From the NCBI RefSeq assembly GCF_913774665.1, contig NZ_CAJYHN010000008.1: DNA of 64,000 nucleotides. One strand, given 5' to 3'. The stretch is from an uncultured Microbacterium sp. Its GTDB lineage: Bacteria; Actinomycetota; Actinomycetes; Actinomycetales; Microbacteriaceae. The translations under genes were made by a program, and so were the position numbers. How positions within the stretch are numbered: the first letter of the stretch is position 1; each line of letters begins with the position of its first letter. This document shows positions 20,189 to 27,766 of the stretch, piece after piece. The notes beneath the pieces were generated by a model, which ran no database searches, had not been told where the DNA came from, and was given only the letters and a program-made list of their open reading frames with translations.

Positions 20189-21543
20189 TACGCGTGCGCA
20201 TATCGAGCCGACCCCGGCGATCGTGGCGAAGGTTGCCCGTCGCCGCTCTCCTCCTCGCCGTTGCAGTCGCAGCCCCGATGACGCCCGGCGCGATGCCCGC
20301 TGGCGCCTATTTCACCGCACAGAAGACGCTGCCTGACAACACACTGACCACGGCGACCCTGCCAAGAGTGACGAACCTCTCCGTACAGGATCTCGGCAAC
20401 GGCATGACAAAGATCAGTTGGGACAACAGCTTGCGCCAAGCCTGGGCTATCGGCAACGGCGTCTCCGGCGTCACATACAAGGTCTTGGGGTGGGGGTGCA
20501 AAATGATGGCGTCTTTCTATTTCTCTGGCATGGCGGACAGAATGGAGATATCCATGAGGTGTCCGGCCAACTCCGGCTTCACAGTCACGTATAGCTATTC
20601 GAATTGGACGTCCCCGGCCGCCTCCAGCAACGTCATCACCGTCGGCACGCACCCTACCGGCATCGCCATCTCGCCCGACGGCAAGAACGTCTACGTCGCC
20701 AATAATGACAGCGGCTCGGTCTCTGTCATCGATGCCGCCACGCACACCGTAGCAGCCACCATCACAATGCCGAGCGGGATGAACCCCGATCAGATCGCGG
20801 TATCCGCCGACGGGTCGAAGCTGTACGCCGTCTTACCGCAGTACTACGGGCCATGGTCAGGCGCGTTGCTCACGATCGACAGCACATCGCGGGAAGTGAC
20901 CAATCTGCTCCCGATTGGGACACTGTACGGCATCACAGCTTCTCAAGGAGGAAGCCTCTACGCCTCAACCTCCGTCGACGCTCACGCGAGCACCCTCTCC
21001 AAATACAACCCGGATGGAGGTCTGGACTTGACCGAGCCAGTGACGGTCGGGGGCCAGCCGAGGGGAGTTGCGGTGTCGACCGACGGCGCGAGGGTCTATG
21101 TCGCAAACAGCGCCGATGACACCGTATCCGTCGTCGGAAGCGCGTGGCTCAACACCCTGGCTACCGTGACCGTAGGTTCCCAGCCGGTGAGTGTGGCCAC
21201 GTCGAGCGCGTTCGCCTACGTCACCAACAGCGGCGACAACACGGTGTCGATCATCGATACGAGCACCGAGACAGTGACAGGCACGGTCATGGTGGGGTTG
21301 AACCCTCAGGCGATCGCCGTCTCCGCCCAGGGGAAAAGCGTTTACGTCGCCAACGCCGGCAGCAACACCGTCTCGGTCATCGATGCCGCACGCAACACCG
21401 TTGTCAAAACCCTGCCGACCGGAAGAACACCATCCGGCATCGCCATCTCCCCCGACGGGGGCACGATCTACGTCACCAACAAAGACGACAGCACCGTCTC
21501 TATCATCCCCACCGGGCGCGCCGAAACGTCGACCACGGGCTGA
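20185..21543 (+). CDS. Secreted YVTN-family beta-propeller repeat protein, paralogue 1 (SipW-type signal peptide)
   Basis: Signal ...AAPMTPGAMPAGAYFTAQK, an N-terminal module of about 100 aa (KISW...W...TYSYSNW), then repeated G.AISPDGK.VYVAN..S.TVSVID units. ATGA overlap with the peptidase gene. Confidence 0.85.
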   Translation: MIRVRISSRPRRSWRRLPVAALLLAVAVAAPMTPGAMPAGAYFTAQKTLPDNTLTTATLPRVTNLSVQDLGNGMTKISWDNSLRQAWAIGNGVSGVTYKVLGWGCKMMASFYFSGMADRMEISMRCPANSGFTVTYSYSNWTSPAASSNVITVGTHPTGIAISPDGKNVYVANNDSGSVSVIDAATHTVAATITMPSGMNPDQIAVSADGSKLYAVLPQYYGPWSGALLTIDSTSREVTNLLPIGTLYGITASQGGSLYASTSVDAHASTLSKYNPDGGLDLTEPVTVGGQPRGVAVSTDGARVYVANSADDTVSVVGSAWLNTLATVTVGSQPVSVATSSAFAYVTNSGDNTVSIIDTSTETVTGTVMVGLNPQAIAVSAQGKSVYVANAGSNTVSVIDAARNTVVKTLPTGRTPSGIAISPDGGTIYVTNKDDSTVSIIPTGRAETSTTG

Positions 21544-21593
21544 GCCGCTGCGGCATCGCCACGAACAGCCACTGAGACCGATGAGAGACACTG

Positions 21594-22952
21594 ATGACCG
21601 CCACCCCAACACGCGCCATTGCCCGCCTCACACGGCGCCTGGCGTTGATCGCCACACTCGCCCTTACCGTTTCTGTCACGCCCGGAGTCACGCCCGCCAG
21701 CGCGTATATGACCGCCGAGAATCTTCAACCTGACAATACTTTTGCTACCGCAGATCTCACCATCGACGACCTCACCGCCACCCGCGACAAGACCGGCATC
21801 ACCACGATCAGCTGGAAGGACGCGACCACACAGCAGTGGGCGAAAGCCAACGGCGTCAGCGGCATCCGTTACACCGCAACGAGCAAGACCGCCGGCGGAT
21901 GCAACGTGACCAACACGACAGAGACCAGCATCACCGGCCAATGGCCCGCCGGCGCCGACTGCACCATCACCTACACCTATGCCGGCTGGACGGCCACCGC
22001 CACCGTCACCGTTCCTTTTCCGACCGTCGACGTCGGAAGCAAGCCCCTAGGCATCGCTATCGCTCCTGACGGCAAGAGCGTCTATGTCGCCAACAGCGCA
22101 AGTGCCTACATCTCCACCATTGCTACGACGAAGCTCGACGTCGGCCAGATCAGCACCCCCGCTGCCACTGGACTGTACGGCGTCGCCGTCACCCCCGACG
22201 GCTCACGATTGTGCTTCACCAGCACGAGTACCACTGTTAACGCAGGCTGGGGCTACAAAGCCACCATCGATCTCGCGAACTCCTCATACCCCGAAACCGA
22301 AGTACGCAGCAGCATGCGCCCATACGGCGTCGCATACTCAGCGCGGTACGACGCGTGCTCCGTTGTGGCAGCATCCACCGATGGTCCGGGCAGCTTTGGA
22401 GCATTAAATCCATTCATCTCTGACCAACCGAGAATACAGCTCGAGAACAATCCGCGAGGATTGACTTTCTCTTCTGATGGCTCCGCCGGATACGTTGCCA
22501 ATTGGGGAAGCGATAGCGTAAGTCGCCTGAACCTGCAAAAAGCGACTGTCGATCGGACGATATACAAACCGGGTTCGAGGCCGACCGGTGTCGCGATAGC
22601 GAAGAGTTTCCTATACGTCACCAACAGCGGCGACGATACCGTCTCCGCGATCGATTCGAGAACGATCTCGCAGGCAAGCCCGACAGTCACCACCATCGAC
22701 GTCGGAAAGAAGCCGGGCGGGATCGCCGTCTCCGCCCAAGGCAAGAGCGTCTACATCGCCAACGCCGGCAGCAACACCGTCTCGGTCATCGACGCCGCAA
22801 GCAACACCGTCGTCAAGACCCTGCCGACAGGGAGAACACCCTCCGGCATCGCCGTCTCCCCCGACGGCGGCACCATCTACGTCACCAACAGAGACGACGA
22901 CACGGTCTCGATCATCCCCACCGGACGCGCCGAAACGTCGACCACGGGCTGA
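21594..22952 (+). CDS. Secreted YVTN-family beta-propeller repeat protein, paralogue 2 (SipW-type signal peptide)
   Basis: Signal ...VTPGVTPASAYMTAEN and the same domain order as paralogue 1. The last 232 nt are nearly identical to those of paralogue 1. Confidence 0.85.
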   Translation: MTATPTRAIARLTRRLALIATLALTVSVTPGVTPASAYMTAENLQPDNTFATADLTIDDLTATRDKTGITTISWKDATTQQWAKANGVSGIRYTATSKTAGGCNVTNTTETSITGQWPAGADCTITYTYAGWTATATVTVPFPTVDVGSKPLGIAIAPDGKSVYVANSASAYISTIATTKLDVGQISTPAATGLYGVAVTPDGSRLCFTSTSTTVNAGWGYKATIDLANSSYPETEVRSSMRPYGVAYSARYDACSVVAASTDGPGSFGALNPFISDQPRIQLENNPRGLTFSSDGSAGYVANWGSDSVSRLNLQKATVDRTIYKPGSRPTGVAIAKSFLYVTNSGDDTVSAIDSRTISQASPTVTTIDVGKKPGGIAVSAQGKSVYIANAGSNTVSVIDAASNTVVKTLPTGRTPSGIAVSPDGGTIYVTNRDDDTVSIIPTGRAETSTTG

Positions 22953-22962
22953 TCCGCCACCC

Positions 22963-23008
22963 GGATGCCACGGCCTGGGCCCTCCACGGCGCCTGGCCCG
23001 TGGCATCC
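22963..23008 (+). terminator. Hairpin downstream of YVTN paralogue 2
   Basis: GGATGCCACGG (22963-22973) pairs with CCGTGGCATCC (22998-23008). Confidence 0.45.
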
Positions 23009-23113
23009 GCTCGCCCGCACGGACCACGAAACGAAACCGACACAGGACGAGACTCTTCACGAAAGTAAAACATTTACATTGGCGGGACACTCACCGACAC
23101 GGAGGCTCCCGAC

Positions 23114-23302
23114 ATGTCACACCTTCGCACCGTCCTGTTCCCCGCCCGCTCGACCGCCGCAACGCCGGCCGTCCCGACCCCCGCAACGCGCCGCGGCCGC
23201 CGGCGCACCGCCGCCGCAGCCGCCGGCGTGCTCACCCTCGCCCTCGCCGTCTCGGGGTGCGCCGCCCCCGCCGCCTCGTCGAGCGACTCCTCCTACGCAT
23301 AG
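23114..23302 (+). CDS. Possible mini-lipoprotein or truncated lipoprotein (62 aa)
   Basis: GGAGG SD 8 nt upstream and an AT-rich promoter-like stretch at 23063-23085. RRGRRRTAAAAAGVLTLALAVSGC has a basic n-region plus lipobox, with only 13 residues after the Cys. Confidence 0.3.
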   Translation: MSHLRTVLFPARSTAATPAVPTPATRRGRRRTAAAAAGVLTLALAVSGCAAPAASSSDSSYA

Positions 23303-23397
23303 GGCACTGTAGGAGGCTTGCTCAGATCCACCGTGGGGTTTCGCCCGACGAACCAGGCAGGCACCCGGGCGCAGCACTACCTCATGACCCGAAGAAC

Positions 23398-23856
23398 GTG
23401 AGCACCGGTAAATACTTCACACTTCCGACGACGCGTTGACGTTTCGCGCACCCACGCAGCCGCCGCAACCCTCATCATCGCTATGGCCCTCGCCTCGACG
23501 ATCGCGCCGAGCACGGCAGCCACCGGCGCCTACATGACCGACGAAAAAGATGCGACAGGCAACACCATCACCGTCGGCTATGGGCTCGCCACGCCCAGCG
23601 AGATCGGCATTTCTGCGTGGAACAGTTCGAGCTATCTCGTCCAATGGACGCAGCCGACCACAACGATCTGGGGGCACCCGCCGGAACGATCTGGGCAAGC
23701 ATAAGCGGTGACGGCTGCTCGGGGAGCTACTACGGCGACCCGAAGTACCGAAGCATGATTGTCAACGGTCCCGCGGGACGGAACTGTCAGCTGTCGTTGT
23801 ATTCGAGCAGTGGATGGAGATCCGCGACCGTCGACTTCACAATCCCGCAGTCATGA
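23398..23856 (+). pseudogene. Decayed third paralogue: signal peptide plus N-terminal module only, at least 2 frame disruptions
   Basis: Three frames read VSTGKYFTLPTTR*, then ...AAAATLIIAMALASTIAPSTAATGAYMTDEKD...VQWTQPTTTIWG, then ...TIWASISGDGCSGSYYGD...SSSGWRSATVDFTIPQS*. The frame switch sits between two copies of AACGATCTGGG (23663 and 23686). Confidence 0.6.
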
Positions 23857-24005
23857 AGAGGCGTGCCCGGTTCCGACGGCCGAATCGGCCCAGGAGCACA
23901 CGCCGGAGTCTGTCTCGCTATCCATCCCGCTATACACCGGCCCAGCCACGGCCCCACATTCCGGATAGCGCTGCGCCCGCGGTATCCGGTGTGGCGAGGC
24001 CGCCG

Positions 24006-25478
24006 TCAGGCGTACGGGTTCGCCGTGAGGGTGTACTTCGTCTGCAGGTACTCGTGGATGCCCTCGTCGCCGCCCTCGCGACCCAGGCCCGACTGCTTCC
24101 AGCCACCGAAGGGGGCGGCGGCGTTGGAGACGACGCCGACGTTGAGGCCCATCATCCCGGTCTCGAGCTTGTCGATCATGCGCTGGCCGCGCGCGAGCGA
24201 CTCGGTGAAGACGTACGAGACGAGGCCGTACTCGGTGTCGTTCGCGAGGCGCACGGCGTCGTCCTCGTCGTCGAAGGGGATGATCGCCAGCACGGGTCCG
24301 AAGATCTCCTCACGAAGGATGTCGCTGCCCGGCTGCACGTCCGACACCACGGTCGGCTCGAAGAACGTTCCGGGGCCGTCGATGGGCGATCCGCCGGTCG
24401 TGACGGTCGCGCCGCGCTCGACGGCATCCCTCACCAGGGTCTTGGCCTTGTCGACCGCGCGGTCGTCGATGAGGGGTCCGATCTGCACGCCGTCCTCGGT
24501 GCCGCGGCCGATCTTCATGCCCTGCACGCGCTCGGTGACGCGGGCGGTGAACTCCTCGACGACGCTGCGCTGCACGATGAAGCGGTTGGCGGCGGTGCAG
24601 GCCTGGCCGATGTTGCGGAACTTCGCGAGCATCGCCCCCTCGACCGCCTTATCGAGGTCGGCGTCGTCGAACACGACGAAGGGGGCGTTGCCGCCGAGCT
24701 CCATCGAGGTGCGCAGCACTCCCGGCGCGGCCTGCTGCAGAAGCTTCACGCCCACCGGGGTGGAGCCGGTGAACGAGAGCTTGCGCAGGCGGGGGTCGGA
24801 GATGATGCGCTCCGAGACCGGGCCGGTGTTCGTCGTGGTCACGACGTTGACGACGCCGGCGGGAAGACCCGCGTCCTGAAGGATCTGCGCGAAGAACAGC
24901 GTCGTCAGCGGCGTGAGCGTGGCCGGCTTGATGACGACCGTGCACCCCGCGGCGAGCGCGGGAGCGATCTTGCGGGTCGCCATCGCGAGGGGGAAGTTCC
25001 AGGGGGTGATGAGGTAGCAGGGCCCCACGGGGTGCTGCGAGACGATCATGCGGCCGGTGCCCTCGGGGTTGGCGCCGTAGCGGCCCTGGGTGTGGGCGGT
25101 CACCTCGCTGAACCAGCGGAGGAACTCCCCGCCGTAGCCGACCTCTCCGCGCGCCTCGGCGAGGGGCTTGCCCATCTCGAGCGTCATCAGCAGCGCGATG
25201 TCTTCTTTGCGCTCCTGCAGCAGGTCGAACGCGCGGCGCAGGATCTCGGCGCGCTCGCGCGACGGGGTCGCGGCCCACGACGGGAACGCGTCGGCGGCGG
25301 CATCCATCGCGGCGACGCCGTCGTCGATCGAGGCGTCGGCGATCTCGAGCAGCACGTCACCGGTGGCGGGATCGTTCACGGCGACGGTCTTGCCGGCCTC
25401 GGCGCGGCGCCACTCCCCGTTGATCAGCAGGCCGGTGGGTACGGATGCCAGCAGCTCGCTCTCGCGCGAATCGGTCAT
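24006..25478 (-). CDS. gabD: NAD(P)-dependent succinate-semialdehyde dehydrogenase
   Basis: ALDH family with MELGGNAPFVVFDDADLD and catalytic-Cys region FRNIGQACTAANRF. Its context with hpaI is consistent, because that enzyme produces succinate semialdehyde. Confidence 0.85.
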   Translation of the reverse strand: MTDSRESELLASVPTGLLINGEWRRAEAGKTVAVNDPATGDVLLEIADASIDDGVAAMDAAADAFPSWAATPSRERAEILRRAFDLLQERKEDIALLMTLEMGKPLAEARGEVGYGGEFLRWFSEVTAHTQGRYGANPEGTGRMIVSQHPVGPCYLITPWNFPLAMATRKIAPALAAGCTVVIKPATLTPLTTLFFAQILQDAGLPAGVVNVVTTTNTGPVSERIISDPRLRKLSFTGSTPVGVKLLQQAAPGVLRTSMELGGNAPFVVFDDADLDKAVEGAMLAKFRNIGQACTAANRFIVQRSVVEEFTARVTERVQGMKIGRGTEDGVQIGPLIDDRAVDKAKTLVRDAVERGATVTTGGSPIDGPGTFFEPTVVSDVQPGSDILREEIFGPVLAIIPFDDEDDAVRLANDTEYGLVSYVFTESLARGQRMIDKLETGMMGLNVGVVSNAAAPFGGWKQSGLGREGGDEGIHEYLQTKYTLTANPYA

Positions 25479-25678
25479 GAATCCTCCTGGATCGGTGCGG
25501 GGGTGTCCCGCCCATTCTCGTCAGCGCACGGGGGTGCGCCGATAGACGTTGTGTATAAAGCGGATGCCGGGATCGCCACCGTGGATGACGAGGGCGGCGT
25601 CGCATGGGGGTGACGTCCGGCGTCGCGTGGTTGTGGGAAGACGCCGTGTGGACGCGAGGCGACGTCGCATGGTCGCGA

Positions 25679-25727
25679 CGCCCCGCCGCGCCCGCCCGAC
25701 GCCCCGCCGCGCCCGCCCGACGCCCCG
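25679..25727. repeat. 21-bp direct repeat, about 2.4 copies (CGCCCCGCCGCGCCCGCCCGA)
   Basis: Units at 25679-25699 and 25700-25720, with a partial third copy. Confidence 0.8.
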
Positions 25728-25794
25728 CGATAAACGCCATTCCTCGCCGGAAACGCCGCGACGCAGCGTGTCTGGCGAGGATCGGCGTTTATCG
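25728..25794. repeat. Hairpin element, family R2
   Basis: CGATAAACGCC (25728-25738) pairs with GGCGTTTATCG (25784-25794). The inner arms CCTCGCCGG and CTGGCGAGG are also complementary. Confidence 0.85.
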
Positions 25795-25825
25795 GGAGCG
25801 CCCGGGCAAAGTGGCGACGCCCGCG

Positions 25826-27670
25826 TCAGCCCGCTGCGGGCACCGCGGGCATCGCCATCACCCCGGCGAAGAAGCGCTCGAGCCCGGCGGGGTCGGTCAG
25901 CGGGAGCACGTGCGCGACATACTGATCGGGACGCACCACCACGACGGCTCCGTCGGCGGCGATCTCGCGCTCGGCGAAGATGTCGCTGTTCGTCCAGGCC
26001 GAGGGGGCGGCGGCGAACACCTTCTCGAGGTCGGTCAGGCCGAGCGGCCCCGAGCGCGGACGGAAGAGGGCAGGCACGTCGACGACGTCTTCCCACCGCC
26101 CCGGGAAGATCGCCTTGACGTCGAACACCGCGTCGAGGTCGGCGCCCTCGGGCGTGAAGCGCTCCACGATGCTCCGCACGACCCCCGCCCACTCGCGCAG
26201 CGCCGAGCCGTCGGCATCCGCGAAGGCGTAGATCCGCCACCGCCCGTCGGCCTTCGCGTGATGACCGAGGTGCACGGCGTTGCCGTCGCACACGCGCACC
26301 ACCTCGACGCTCTGGAAGCGCTTGCCGACGGGGAATCCGGATGCCAGCTCCTGCGCCGCGTCGCCCGCGACGATCCGCGAGGGGGCGTAGTGCGTGCCGA
26401 ACCCGGAGGGGAACTCGGCGGTGGCGAGGTAATAGGTGGCGAGTTCGTCGGGGTCGGTGATCTCGCCGGGTTTGCGGGCCATGAGCGAGGACCACTCGCG
26501 GTCGAAGTCGATGAGCTGCTGAGCGACCGGGCGGCGCTCGGCGTCGTACGACCGCAACAGCTCGGCGGGAGCCAGGCCGGTGAGCACGTGCCCGAGCTTC
26601 CAGCCGAGGTTGAACCCGTCCTGCATCGAGACGTTCATGCCCTGCCCGGCCTTCGCGCTGTGGGTGTGGCACGCGTCCCCGGTGAGGAAGACACGGGGGC
26701 TCTCGAGGTCGTCAACGAACTGGTCGGTCACCCGGTGCCCCACCTCGTAGACGCTGTGCCAGGCGACCTGCTTCACGTCGATCGAGTACGGGTGCAGGAT
26801 CTCGTTCGCGCGGCGGATGACCTCCTCGATCGGGGTCTGCCGCACGCGGTGGTCGTCGTCGGCGGCCACCTCGCCCAGGTCGATGTACATGCGGCTGAGG
26901 TAGCCACCCTCGCGCGGGATGTGCAGGATGTTGCCCGCGGCCGCGTTGATCGCGCACTTGATGCGCCAGTCGGGGAAGTCGGTCTCGACCAGCACGTCCA
27001 TCACGCCCCACGCGTGGCGCGCGGCGGCGCCGACGTGCGTGCGGCCGATGGCCTGGCGCACGCCGCTGCGGGCCCCGTCGCAGCCCACGACGTACTGCGC
27101 GCGGATGGTCCGCTCTCCGGTGGCGGTGCCCACGCGCACCTCGACGTGGTCGTCGCGCACCTCGAGACCGAGGAACTCGACGCCGTAGTCGGGCGTGATG
27201 CGGGCGGGCCCGTGCGCCGCGGCCTCGGCGAAGTAGTCGAGCACGCGCGCCTGGTTGACGATGAGGTGCGGGAACTCGCTGATCTTGTAGCCGTAGTCCT
27301 CGGTGCGGCTGGTGCGGACGATGCGGTCGGGGTTCTCGGGGTCGGGCGCCCAGAAGTTCATCCACCCGATGTTGTATGCCTCGGCGGTGATGCGGTCGGC
27401 GAAGCCGAACGCCTGGAACGTCTCGACGCTGCGGGGTTGGATGCCGTCGGCCTGCCCGAGCGCGAGACGCCCGTCGCGCTTCTCGATGAGGCGCGTCGTG
27501 AGCTGCGGGAACTGCGACATCTGGGCGGCGAGCAGCATGCCCGCAGGTCCCGAACCGACGATGAGCACGTCGACCTCGTCGGGCAGTTCGGCGGGCCGAT
27601 CCAGACCCGTGCCCGTGGCGTTCTGCACGCGCGGGTCGCCCGAGACGTAGCCGTGGTGGTGGAACTGCAT
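25826..27670 (-). CDS. FAD-dependent aromatic-ring monooxygenase, phenol 2-monooxygenase family with C-terminal thioredoxin-like domain
   Basis: GxGxxG (VLIVGSGPAGM), a DG motif (LGQADGIQPRSVE), FLTGDACHTHSAKAGQGMN and a C-terminal extension of about 200 aa. Total length 614 aa. Confidence 0.85.
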   Translation of the reverse strand: MQFHHHGYVSGDPRVQNATGTGLDRPAELPDEVDVLIVGSGPAGMLLAAQMSQFPQLTTRLIEKRDGRLALGQADGIQPRSVETFQAFGFADRITAEAYNIGWMNFWAPDPENPDRIVRTSRTEDYGYKISEFPHLIVNQARVLDYFAEAAAHGPARITPDYGVEFLGLEVRDDHVEVRVGTATGERTIRAQYVVGCDGARSGVRQAIGRTHVGAAARHAWGVMDVLVETDFPDWRIKCAINAAAGNILHIPREGGYLSRMYIDLGEVAADDDHRVRQTPIEEVIRRANEILHPYSIDVKQVAWHSVYEVGHRVTDQFVDDLESPRVFLTGDACHTHSAKAGQGMNVSMQDGFNLGWKLGHVLTGLAPAELLRSYDAERRPVAQQLIDFDREWSSLMARKPGEITDPDELATYYLATAEFPSGFGTHYAPSRIVAGDAAQELASGFPVGKRFQSVEVVRVCDGNAVHLGHHAKADGRWRIYAFADADGSALREWAGVVRSIVERFTPEGADLDAVFDVKAIFPGRWEDVVDVPALFRPRSGPLGLTDLEKVFAAAPSAWTNSDIFAEREIAADGAVVVVRPDQYVAHVLPLTDPAGLERFFAGVMAMPAVPAAG

Positions 27671-27725
27671 CGTTTCTCCTGACGTCGATGTCGGGTTGTG
27701 CCGCCGCCCGCACTGTTCTATATTC

Positions 27726-27738
27726 GAACGCGACGTTC
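27726..27738. promoter_or_regulatory. Candidate IclR operator (palindrome GAACG-CGA-CGTTC)
   Basis: It lies in the 96-bp divergent region between the monooxygenase and IclR genes. TCGAACG also recurs at 27724 and 27744. Confidence 0.35.
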
Positions 27739-27766
27739 ACCTATCGAACGAGAGGTTAGCCGAGCC

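Noticed and set aside
21507-21543. IPTGRAETSTTG at the C-termini of both propeller proteins as a sortase (LPXTG-like) signal
   Set aside because: There is no following hydrophobic segment or positively charged tail, and the protein ends 7 residues after the motif. No sortase gene is nearby.
23670-23674. A single-base slip in the G5 run as the cause of the frameshift in the decayed paralogue
   Set aside because: Adding one G does restore a frame, but it produces a duplicated TIW...TIW segment. That breaks the W-x7-W-A spacing conserved in both intact paralogues, so the 23-nt insertion model fits better. Read-level data are still needed.
18450-23900. Calling the lower-GC block a mobile element or prophage remnant
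   Set aside because: I could see no integrase, transposase, phage genes, tRNA target or flanking direct repeats. Only the compositional deviation is supportable.
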